DNA of 64,000 nucleotides, taken from Trueperaceae bacterium (lineage in GTDB: Bacteria > Deinococcota > Deinococci > Deinococcales > Trueperaceae). The DNA lies in assembly GCA_035703635.1 (NCBI GenBank), contig DASSXV010000005.1, positions 10,065 to 74,064 on the forward strand, read 5' to 3'. The notes beneath the pieces are model-generated. The model saw only the letters and a list, made by a program, of their open reading frames with translations, had not been told where the DNA came from and searched no databases. A program made the translations under genes and the position numbers. Positions within the stretch are counted from its first letter, which is position 1. Every line of letters begins with the position of its first letter. Below, one piece after another: positions 9,709 to 16,334 of the stretch.

Positions 9709-10344
9709 CTAAGCGGAGCGCACCAATCGGTACTCGGGCGGCGCGCCCCTCGCGACCGGCACGCGCTCCACTAGGCCCGCATCCACCGCCCGTGCCGTCG
9801 CCATCAGCACCGCGCCGCGCGTCACTCGCAAGCGCTCCTCTAGTTCGGCGGCGGTGGCTGGTCCTTGCTGCAGGCCTCGGCAGAGGCGCGCTACGGCTGG
9901 CGGCAGGTTCTCGTATGGGTCGGGCTCATGCTCCGCCAGGTGCGTCTTGGCTGTCGCCGTGAGTCGCCAATCCCTGCCCGTCTGCGTGACCAACTCTGCG
10001 GCCTTGAGGGTCTTGAGGGCGGCGCTCACAGTCTCGGGCGCACGCCCGATTGTCTCGGCCAGTTCACCGCGCGTGGCCGCTCCGCCTCGCAGCGCCGTGA
10101 GCACGAGCCGCTCGGTGGGCGTCAGGCCAGGCACGTCAGGAGCAGCAGCGGTGGCCGCCCGCTCGACCTCACCGGGCGCGGGTGCTGGCGCGTCCTCGCG
10201 CCTCACGACGAGCGCCGAGCCGACAACCTCGACGAGGAGCGTGGCGTCCAGGTCGCCGTCAGGCAGGAGCGCCGCGAGCAGGTCGCGGTCCAACAACAAG
10301 ACTCTGCTGTTGCCCAGCTTCTGCAGTTTCTTACGCACCGTCAT
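9709..10344 (-). CDS. AbrB/MazE-like DNA-binding domain fused to two winged-HTH domains
   Basis: N-terminal KLQKLGNSRVLLLDRDLL...LLVEVVGSALVVR (AbrB signature), then two LTPTERLVL..ATRGELAE / LPPAVARL..ATAAELEE HTH modules; start may be 10362. Confidence 0.75.
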   Translation of the reverse strand: MTVRKKLQKLGNSRVLLLDRDLLAALLPDGDLDATLLVEVVGSALVVRREDAPAPAPGEVERAATAAAPDVPGLTPTERLVLTALRGGAATRGELAETIGRAPETVSAALKTLKAAELVTQTGRDWRLTATAKTHLAEHEPDPYENLPPAVARLCRGLQQGPATAAELEERLRVTRGAVLMATARAVDAGLVERVPVARGAPPEYRLVRSA

Positions 10345-10415
10345 CTGACGGGATTCTGACACGCCATGTGAGGAAAATCAGAGATTCGTAAGAGCCAGGT
10401 GAGTACGCTCCTCCT

Positions 10416-10470
10416 CAGCCGACCGGAATCCCGGCGGTGCACTACCAGGCGACCGGACATCATTCATACT
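10416..10470 (+). promoter_or_regulatory. Candidate pilin promoter/operator: direct repeat CAGSCGACCGGA plus a -10-like CATACT
   Basis: CAGCCGACCGGAATC (10416) and CAGGCGACCGGACATC (10446), 30 bp apart; CATACT at 10465-10470. Confidence 0.35.
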
Positions 10471-10503
10471 TCATCCCGGGAGCCGAATCGGAAGGAGCGC
10501 ATC

Positions 10504-10890
10504 ATGCGCAACCGTAAGACGCAGGGCTTCACCCTGATCGAGCTGCTGATCGTCATCGCGATCATCGGCATCCTCGCCGCCGTACTCATCCCCAACCTCA
10601 TGAGCGCCCGCCGCACCGCCGCCACCCGCGCCGCCGACAGCTACGTTCGTAACGTCTACACGGCTGCGCAGGCCTACCTTGCGGAAAATGTCGCTGCTGA
10701 CCCGGCGACCGACGCTGTTGTAAACGCGAGCTGCGACGGCTCTTACACCGCCGTCAACTATGGCGCCACGGGCGGTTCGGCCAACATCCTCACCGGCTGC
10801 ACTGTTGCTGGGACTTCGGGTGACATTGTCGTGGCCTTCACCTATGGTCCTGGAACAACGCAAAGCGGCACCGCTGCCACGTTCCCTTAA
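10504..10890 (+). CDS. pilA: Type IV major pilin (PilA4-like), prophage-encoded
   Basis: AAGGAG RBS; class III signal MRNRKTQG|FTLIELLIVIAIIGILAAVLIPNL with E5 and P22; 120-aa mature protein with two Cys. Confidence 0.93.
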   Translation: MRNRKTQGFTLIELLIVIAIIGILAAVLIPNLMSARRTAATRAADSYVRNVYTAAQAYLAENVAADPATDAVVNASCDGSYTAVNYGATGGSANILTGCTVAGTSGDIVVAFTYGPGTTQSGTAATFP

Positions 10891-10916
10891 GCCGTAAGTT
10901 CCCTTCGTTTGATGTT

Positions 10917-10944
10917 GGCCGCCTTTCGGGGCGGCCTTCTCTTT
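10917..10944 (+). terminator. Intrinsic terminator 1 after the pilin gene
   Basis: GGCCGCCT-TTCG-GGGCGGCC followed by TTCTCTTT. Confidence 0.8.
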
Positions 10945-10960
10945 GACGCACCAACCTAAC

Positions 10961-10989
10961 GCCCCCGCCTCTCGGCGGGGTTTTTCTTT
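10961..10989 (+). terminator. Intrinsic terminator 2 after the pilin gene
   Basis: CCCCGCC-TCTC-GGCGGGG followed by TTTTTCTTT. Confidence 0.85.
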
Positions 10990-10998
10990 GCCTCACAC

Positions 10999-11026
10999 GC
11001 CCCGCCCAGCGCGGGGCTTTTCGTTT
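10999..11026 (+). terminator. Intrinsic terminator 3 after the pilin gene
   Basis: GCCCCGC-CCAGC-GCGGGGC followed by TTTTCGTTT. Confidence 0.85.
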
Positions 11027-11035
11027 GGAGAGGAG

Positions 11036-11533
11036 TTGGTCAACCTGACGGTGAACGAGGCCATAGTCGAGGCGGCAGTAGCAGCCGCCAACGGGCGCAT
11101 CACCACCCTGCCCACCAAGCCCGGGTACTGCCTGGCGTTCGTGCGGTGCATCATCGAGCGAGCACTCTGGTCAGGGCAGTGGCAACTCTACGACCGGTTC
11201 CTGGTGGCCGGCACGAGTCGCCGCGGCGACGACCCCGCCGTGAACCTGCGGGAAGCCAAGGAGGACCCCTGGGCCGCCGACTTCGAGGCGAGCGTCAAGC
11301 GGCTGGGGTGGGCGATTCCTAGTCTGCTGCGGAAGCCGGGCGATTTGGTGTTCGATCACCGCGCGGCGGCACCCATCGGGCACGTGGGAATCCTGCTCTC
11401 GCGTGGGTTGGTGATCGAGAACATTCACCCGACTTTTCGGCCGAAGAGCATCCACTTGGGGAACAGCATCAGCATCACGCCGTTTGATGCGCGGCCGTGG
11501 ACGCTCGTGGCTCGAGTGCAGCCGGACAGGTGA
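11036..11533 (+). CDS. Endolysin, CHAP/NlpC-P60-type cysteine peptidase
   Basis: GYCLAFVR (catalytic Cys), PGDLVF, GHVGI (His), VIEN; GGAGAGGAG RBS; start 11036 or 11051; upstream of the holin. Confidence 0.75.
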   Translation: MVNLTVNEAIVEAAVAAANGRITTLPTKPGYCLAFVRCIIERALWSGQWQLYDRFLVAGTSRRGDDPAVNLREAKEDPWAADFEASVKRLGWAIPSLLRKPGDLVFDHRAAAPIGHVGILLSRGLVIENIHPTFRPKSIHLGNSISITPFDARPWTLVARVQPDR

Positions 11534-11595
11534 GCGCTCGTTGGACAGCGTACCTGCGGCGTCGCCTCATGCGGCGCATCCCCCGCAAACCCTAG
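11530..11595 (+). CDS. Possible 21-aa cationic micro-peptide MSARWTAYLRRRLMRRIPRKP
   Basis: GTGA overlap with the lysin stop; otherwise unsupported. Confidence 0.25.
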   Translation: MSARWTAYLRRRLMRRIPRKP

Positions 11596-11902
11596 CCCAA
11601 CCTGTCAGGAATCCTTACGGGTTCCCCGCCCGAGAGGAGGTGAGACCGGGCTGAAGCGACAGCCGCACGCCAGAATCCTGGCTCCAGCATGAGCGCTTTT
11701 GAGGACGGCGCTCCCCCAGAGGATGCCCAGCGGGGGAGCGCCAACCACCACTGATTGGAGGACGCCTTGACCGCAGTCAGCACCTTGATCTCGTGAGAGA
11801 GGTGGTCCAGTCTCCCGGCGCTCGGGTCACAAGCGCACCCGCACCAACAGAGCAACCCCGCCCCCGCGCAGACAGCCGGGGGCGTTCCCAATGGAGGTAA
11901 GC

Positions 11903-12265
11903 ATGACCAAGATCATCCCCCTACTGCTCGCCCTGCTCGCTAACGTCATCGGCTTGTCCGAAGACATGCGCGACCCCGCCACGTGGGTGCTCAGCACCGG
12001 CGCGCTCGGCGCAGTCGTGTGGGCCACCGTGCAGTTCCTCAGGGCCAGCATCCTCAAGCAACTCGACGGCGTCGCCGTCATCTTCGCTAGCATCGCTGTC
12101 GGCGCTGGTTTGTCTGTCGCCCTGGGCGCAGGCGGTTACGCGGGTGTCGGCAGCACGCTGGTTGAGTGGTTGGCGTTCGGCGTGTCTGCCGGGTTCGGCG
12201 CGACGCTCCTCGATCAGGGCGCGAAGGCACTCCCAAAGCCTGGGGCGGCGCACTTGGAGAGTTGA
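11903..12265 (+). CDS. Putative holin (3-4 TM)
   Basis: GGAGGT RBS; small multi-TM protein with a charged C-terminus, near the endolysin. Confidence 0.65.
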   Translation: MTKIIPLLLALLANVIGLSEDMRDPATWVLSTGALGAVVWATVQFLRASILKQLDGVAVIFASIAVGAGLSVALGAGGYAGVGSTLVEWLAFGVSAGFGATLLDQGAKALPKPGAAHLES

Positions 12266-12658
12266 GTGCGCCGCCTGCACCCGCTCCTCATCACGATTCT
12301 CGCGACGATGTCGCTCGCGAGCGCGCAAGACGTAGACGCTAGTCCGTCGCCCCCGTTCAGTGTTCTGGCCGGTTCGAGTATCACGTGCTCGAGCACCTGG
12401 CCGAGTGCGGTCGTGGGCTGCTTCTGGGAGCGCCCAGTCCTGGTGCTCGGCGCTCTCGAGCTAGCCGTCGGCGTGGATGCCGAGGTCGTGCTTGGCGGCC
12501 AGCTCGACGGGCACCTAGCGCCCTATGTCGTCGCTGCTTACTACGCCGACACGTGGAGCGCCTGGACGGAGGTGCGCCTACCCGAACTGGGCGGCATCAA
12601 ACCCATTGGCGATAGCAACTGGTTGAGAGCCGGGTTCACCCTGAGATTTCCACCTTAG
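12266..12658 (+). CDS. Secreted protein, small outer-membrane beta-barrel-like
   Basis: Sec signal (..SLASA|QD), alternating amphipathic strands, C-terminal WLRAGFTLRF beta-signal-like motif. Confidence 0.55.
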   Translation: MRRLHPLLITILATMSLASAQDVDASPSPPFSVLAGSSITCSSTWPSAVVGCFWERPVLVLGALELAVGVDAEVVLGGQLDGHLAPYVVAAYYADTWSAWTEVRLPELGGIKPIGDSNWLRAGFTLRFPP

Positions 12659-12670
12659 AGAGGAGGAGTC

Positions 12671-12763
12671 ATGGAGCACTTTTCGTTGGTCTGGTTCATC
12701 CTCGGCGCTGCCGCCGGGGCCGTGTTGACGGCCGCGCTCGGCCGCCTACGCCCACCCCGCTAA
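12671..12763 (+). CDS. 30-aa single-TM micro-protein MEHFSLVWFILGAAAGAVLTAALGRLRPPR
   Basis: Strong AGGAGGAG RBS, ATG, one hydrophobic helix and a basic tail; below the ORF-track size cutoff. Confidence 0.6.
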   Translation: MEHFSLVWFILGAAAGAVLTAALGRLRPPR

Positions 12764-12866
12764 CCGGGGTCCACAACCAGTCGCCGGTCGCAGACAAACC
12801 GGCCGGCGACGCTATCTGACGACTCTGCCCCAACCTATCGGGGCGCACCATCTGAGGAGATGACCC

Positions 12867-13172
12867 GTGAAGAAGAAAACCGTCCTGTTGTTCGTCGCGC
12901 TCGTACTGACCGGCGCTCTCGCTCAAGACATTTCGACCGGGTTGGAGACCCGCCTGAGCATCGTCGAGAACCGACTGGGGAGACTAGAAGCTGACGTGTC
13001 GAGGCTCTCGGACGTGCCGGTGAGCTTGGCCCGCATCGAGCAGAAGCTCACGGCGCTCGCGGAGAAAGCTGACGGGCAGGGGAGTGTGCTGCAGACGGTC
13101 GGGCTCGGCATCATCATGAGCGTAGTTACGGGCGTCGTCAGCTTCGGGCTGGGGCGGAAGAGTCAGAAGTGA
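12867..13172 (+). CDS. Signal peptide + coiled coil + C-terminal TM protein (XhlA/spanin-like)
   Basis: GAGGAG RBS; MKKK-hydrophobic-ALA|QD; heptads LETRLSIVENRLGRLEADV; C-terminal TM then GRKSQK. Confidence 0.6.
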   Translation: MKKKTVLLFVALVLTGALAQDISTGLETRLSIVENRLGRLEADVSRLSDVPVSLARIEQKLTALAEKADGQGSVLQTVGLGIIMSVVTGVVSFGLGRKSQK

Positions 13173-13195
13173 GCCCCCGCCGGTTGGGCGGGGGC
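13173..13195. terminator. Hairpin between the convergent lysis and cargo genes
   Basis: GCCCCCGCC-GGTTG-GGCGGGGGC; no strong U tract. Confidence 0.55.
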
Positions 13196-13279
13196 CCGTA
13201 GCAGGCCACGCAACGCTGGCAGCAGGTCCAGCATCAGTTGCAGCGCATCTCAGCCCTGCCGGAGTGAAGCTGGCCCTGG

Positions 13280-13936
13280 TCAGTAGATCGTCTGGGTGAC
13301 GTCAGCGCCCTTGGCCATCTGCCGCCTGCGATAAATCTCTGAGTCACGGGCTGGGCGGACGATTGAGGCGTTCGGCATCCACTTGACCGCATTACGTGCT
13401 GCCTGATTGCGGGCCACGTCAGCCGGATTGGCGCCACCGATCACCGCGAAGAGGATAATCACAAACGCGTATCGCCCGAGGGTTTGCGTGAGATCGGCAG
13501 CCCCCTTCTTGAGGTTCGGGTAGCTCAGGATGCCTAGAACTACCGCCACCATCGTCAGCAGGAGGGTGAGCCAACCTACTACGTTGACCATGTGCAGGAT
13601 CGATAGGTAGAGGAGCAACCACAATCCGTAGGTGAGGAAGATGCGGCGAAGCCGCCACCCTAGACCCTGTGCCAGGAGCACGGCCTCGGAGCGGTATAGC
13701 AGCATGGTCAGGACCGTTGCGAATATGAACACCGGCGCCATTATTGACGTTGCCGTTTGCTGCGTCACGTCGTGGATGCGAAAGTAATAAAGGCCAGCGA
13801 ACAGCGTCGAAGCGACGAGCACCACAATAGTGACTGCCATCCACTTCGCGAAGTACAGGACGGTCCTCCACGCGCCCCCCATCAGGAGAGGCGCCACAAA
13901 CGAGCTGCCGTACAAGAATCGATGCTTGTCACTCAC
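13280..13936 (-). CDS. Multi-pass membrane protein (about 6 TM), prophage cargo
   Basis: GAGGAGG RBS, GTG coupled to the upstream gene; many hydrophobic segments; more A/T-rich than the flanks. Confidence 0.7.
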   Translation of the reverse strand: MSDKHRFLYGSSFVAPLLMGGAWRTVLYFAKWMAVTIVVLVASTLFAGLYYFRIHDVTQQTATSIMAPVFIFATVLTMLLYRSEAVLLAQGLGWRLRRIFLTYGLWLLLYLSILHMVNVVGWLTLLLTMVAVVLGILSYPNLKKGAADLTQTLGRYAFVIILFAVIGGANPADVARNQAARNAVKWMPNASIVRPARDSEIYRRRQMAKGADVTQTIY

Positions 13937-14345
13937 TGTCGCCACCTCCTCGATTCGGAGTGGGAACGAAGAGCCGCCAGGTAGTTATAGCAGCCAGTCT
14001 AGCAGTTGCCAGGAGCGCCACGGTTAACCAAGCAGCTGATCCCCAAAGACCACCCTCCACGATCAATCCTCGGACAATCCGACCGGCCAGGATGTCCCCG
14101 AGGCCACCAAACACTTGATCGATACCGTCGAAGGCCCAACTGGTCGCCGTTAGGACGGCATAAATGACGACGCCGGCGACCGCAGACTCGAGGATGTTCA
14201 ACACGGCGCGCCATTGAGGTGCGGATGCGGCGACGGCGCCCACGGCCCATATGCGGGGCCCGATCCGAATCACGCGCTTGCCAATTACGACTGCTACGCG
14301 CAATTCACCATCTGGTTTATTCTTCCCGTCGTTCATCGTGCTCAA
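13929..14345 (-). CDS. Small membrane protein (2-3 TM), prophage cargo
   Basis: Hydrophobic segments; translationally coupled to the downstream membrane gene. Confidence 0.55.
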   Translation of the reverse strand: MSTMNDGKNKPDGELRVAVVIGKRVIRIGPRIWAVGAVAASAPQWRAVLNILESAVAGVVIYAVLTATSWAFDGIDQVFGGLGDILAGRIVRGLIVEGGLWGSAAWLTVALLATARLAAITTWRLFVPTPNRGGGDSE

Positions 14346-14545
14346 CTTGCCCCCCGGATTGTGAGTTGGTGCATTGTCGGTCAGTGGTTATCACGAAGCT
14401 CTTACGAGAGGACTGGCGGCTCCGGACCGTCCCATAGCCCCGTGCGCCGGCGGTGGCGGGTTCCGAGTATTTGGGTCCGGACGGGCCAAGAGGACCCCCG
14501 GTGCAAGCTCGTGGAGGTGCTGCTGTAGCATGCGTCTTGGTACGT

Positions 14546-14565
14546 CCTGCTACCAACCTGCTACC
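14546..14565. repeat. Tandem CCTGCTACC repeats, candidate integrase arm sites
   Basis: CCTGCTACC at 14546 and 14557 (11-bp period), about 60 bp from the tRNA 3' end; inverted partial GTAGCA at 14525. Confidence 0.4.
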
Positions 14566-14580
14566 GAGGGCCTGAATGTT

Positions 14581-14608
14581 GAACGGCGCCTCGTTAGAAG
14601 CGCCGTTC
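14581..14608 (-). terminator. Hairpin downstream of tRNA-Arg
   Basis: GAACGGCGC...GCGCCGTTC inverted repeat. Confidence 0.55.
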
Positions 14609-14623
14609 CCGTCGTGCTTTTCT

Positions 14624-14700
<77 letters not shown>

Positions 14701-14723
14701 ATGTTGTCACGACCTTACGGTCG

Positions 14724-14817
<94 letters not shown>

Positions 14818-14837
14818 ACGATTGCCTAACCTTACCT

Positions 14838-14927
14838 TGGCGGAGGGTGAGGGATTCGAACCCCCGGACAGGTTGCCCCGTCTGCGGTTTTCAAGACCGC
14901 CGCCTTCAACCGCTCGGCCAACCCTCC
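14838..14927 (-). tRNA. tRNA-Ser(TGA)
   Basis: GGAGGGTTGGCCGAG..., anticodon loop CTTGAAA, long variable arm, CCA end. Confidence 0.95.
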
Positions 14928-15151
14928 GGTCAACCTGCTACCAGCTTGAAGCTTGCGGCAGCTCCCTGTCAGCCCGTCCGAACCTACCACCACTCTCCCG
15001 TGAGTGTTGCGCAGGACCGTCCGTACGGTCAGCGTTGGCAAGTATACGCAGGGCCTCTCGGCGCTGTCAACGAACGTAGGCGTCATGGCTTAGGGGTTCT
15101 CTGCGGAGGCTCACTGGCTCGGCGCGTGGCCACCTAACTCTCAGCCGTAAT

Positions 15152-15186
15152 AGCGTGGCGCCCAGCTCAGAGCCGGGCGCCACGCT
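15152..15186 (-). terminator. Hairpin downstream of the COG4315-like gene
   Basis: AGCGTGGCGCCC / GGGCGCCACGCT perfect 12-bp stem. Confidence 0.6.
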
Positions 15187-15218
15187 TGATCGTCAGACTA
15201 GCTTGGCCTTAGCGCCGG

Positions 15219-15734
15219 TCACATCGCCGAGCCTGGCGCGCCGCCGCCTGGATCGGTTTCGGCTATGCCTACACCGCTCCCTTGGGGCGTTACGAGGTAC
15301 CAGTTGCCGCCTACGCCCTGGCCGCCTGTCGCGCCGGCTGCCGTGTCTGCTGCGTAGTAGTAGAGGGGCCAACCGTTATAAGTGAGCTGGTAGCTGCCGT
15401 CTTCGCGCTTTGCCACGCCGAGGAGCTTGGCGTCCATGGGCGCCTCCACCTGAGGCAGGCTGTTCTCATCCGCAACTAGGACGGGTGGCCAGTTGATGAT
15501 GCATTGGGCATCGCAGTTGCTCACGTTGGTGGTGTCGTTCAAGAACAGGTAGAGCGATCGACCAGAGGCGTCGGTGACGTGTGCGCCGAGGTCCGCTGCC
15601 GTTGCTACTTTTAGCTCGGTCGTGGCGGGGGCTGCTTGCGCCAGAACGAAGACGCCCACCAACAACCCGAGGAGGGCGATCCCTCCCGCTAATCGACGTG
15701 GCCTGCGACCTTGTTTCGCTTGTTTCGCACTCAT
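15219..15734 (-). CDS. Secreted COG4315 / Y-X4-D repeat protein
   Basis: GRSLYLFLND, CDAQCIINWPP, QLTYNGWPLYYYAAD motifs; signal peptide. Confidence 0.85.
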   Translation of the reverse strand: MSAKQAKQGRRPRRLAGGIALLGLLVGVFVLAQAAPATTELKVATAADLGAHVTDASGRSLYLFLNDTTNVSNCDAQCIINWPPVLVADENSLPQVEAPMDAKLLGVAKREDGSYQLTYNGWPLYYYAADTAAGATGGQGVGGNWYLVTPQGSGVGIAETDPGGGAPGSAM

Positions 15735-16069
15735 CAGGAACTCCCTTTCGCGTGCTTCACCTTGCCGCTAGCCCAACACTGTTCGTCCGCCACGGGAGCC
15801 ATCGGCGTAGTTCGCAGCCGGGCACTGCTCGGACTCAACACGCTCCTTCCGGGTGGCGCGATGAACCACGCGCCTTAGCGCAGGTAGGCTCGGGCGCTCA
15901 CCGCTTCCGCAAGGATGCAGCACCAGCGTGAGCGCGCGGATAGACCTGGATGAACTACCAACAGCCGCGCGTGCCACAGTGTTGAGTGCTGTCAGGGGGT
16001 AACCTGGCCTAGTCAGGCATACTGTAGGCTCTACCTCGCTGCTATGGCCTGGCAGAAGGGCGGTACCTC

Positions 16070-16333
16070 GTGAAGGCACTACTGGTGATAAGCAATGGCA
16101 GAGGCATTATCGCGGAAGGCGACGACATGAATGCGTTGCACGCTGCCTACGACGCCTCGGTGACTAGTCACAAGGACGACCCTCATACTTCTGAGCCAAG
16201 GCACGAGCGGCCGGCATTCGCGGACCTCAAAGGCTGCCATGAGGAAGGCGCAACTGGTCACGCCTGCATCCTGAAGACCCAGGAACTACCGCATGCAGCG
16301 AAGGAGTACTACCGCGCTGGCTTCGTGGATTAG
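16070..16333 (+). CDS. Hypothetical protein (87 aa)
   Basis: Fills the intergenic gap; converges on the glmM stop. Confidence 0.5.
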   Translation: MKALLVISNGRGIIAEGDDMNALHAAYDASVTSHKDDPHTSEPRHERPAFADLKGCHEEGATGHACILKTQELPHAAKEYYRAGFVD

Positions 16334-16334
16334 C

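Larger units (their letters stand above)
1..14623 (+). mobile_element. Right end of an integrated siphovirus-like prophage (neck, tail, morons, lysis); continues left of the window
   Basis: Canonical order of HK97 gp10-like neck, terminator, tail tube, chaperones, tape measure, tail tip, lysin and holin; ends at a tRNA 3' end, with housekeeping genes beyond. Confidence 0.92.

Noticed and set aside
10399-10503. Longer N-terminus of the pilin ORF from GTG 10399
   Set aside because: The RBS and the short basic class III leader indicate ATG 10504
10943-11035. N-terminal extension of the endolysin in the ORF track
   Set aside because: Runs through terminator hairpins; the RBS is at about 11027-11035
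11891-11905. Lambda S-like dual start (M-E-V-S-M) for the holin
   Set aside because: The first ATG has no RBS and overlaps the SD of the second; no added basic residue
12841-12850. GGGCGCACCA, identical to the last 10 nt of tRNA-Arg, as a possible att copy
   Set aside because: Inverted relative to the tRNA, only 10 bp, and inside the lysis cassette; att sites are direct repeats at the element ends
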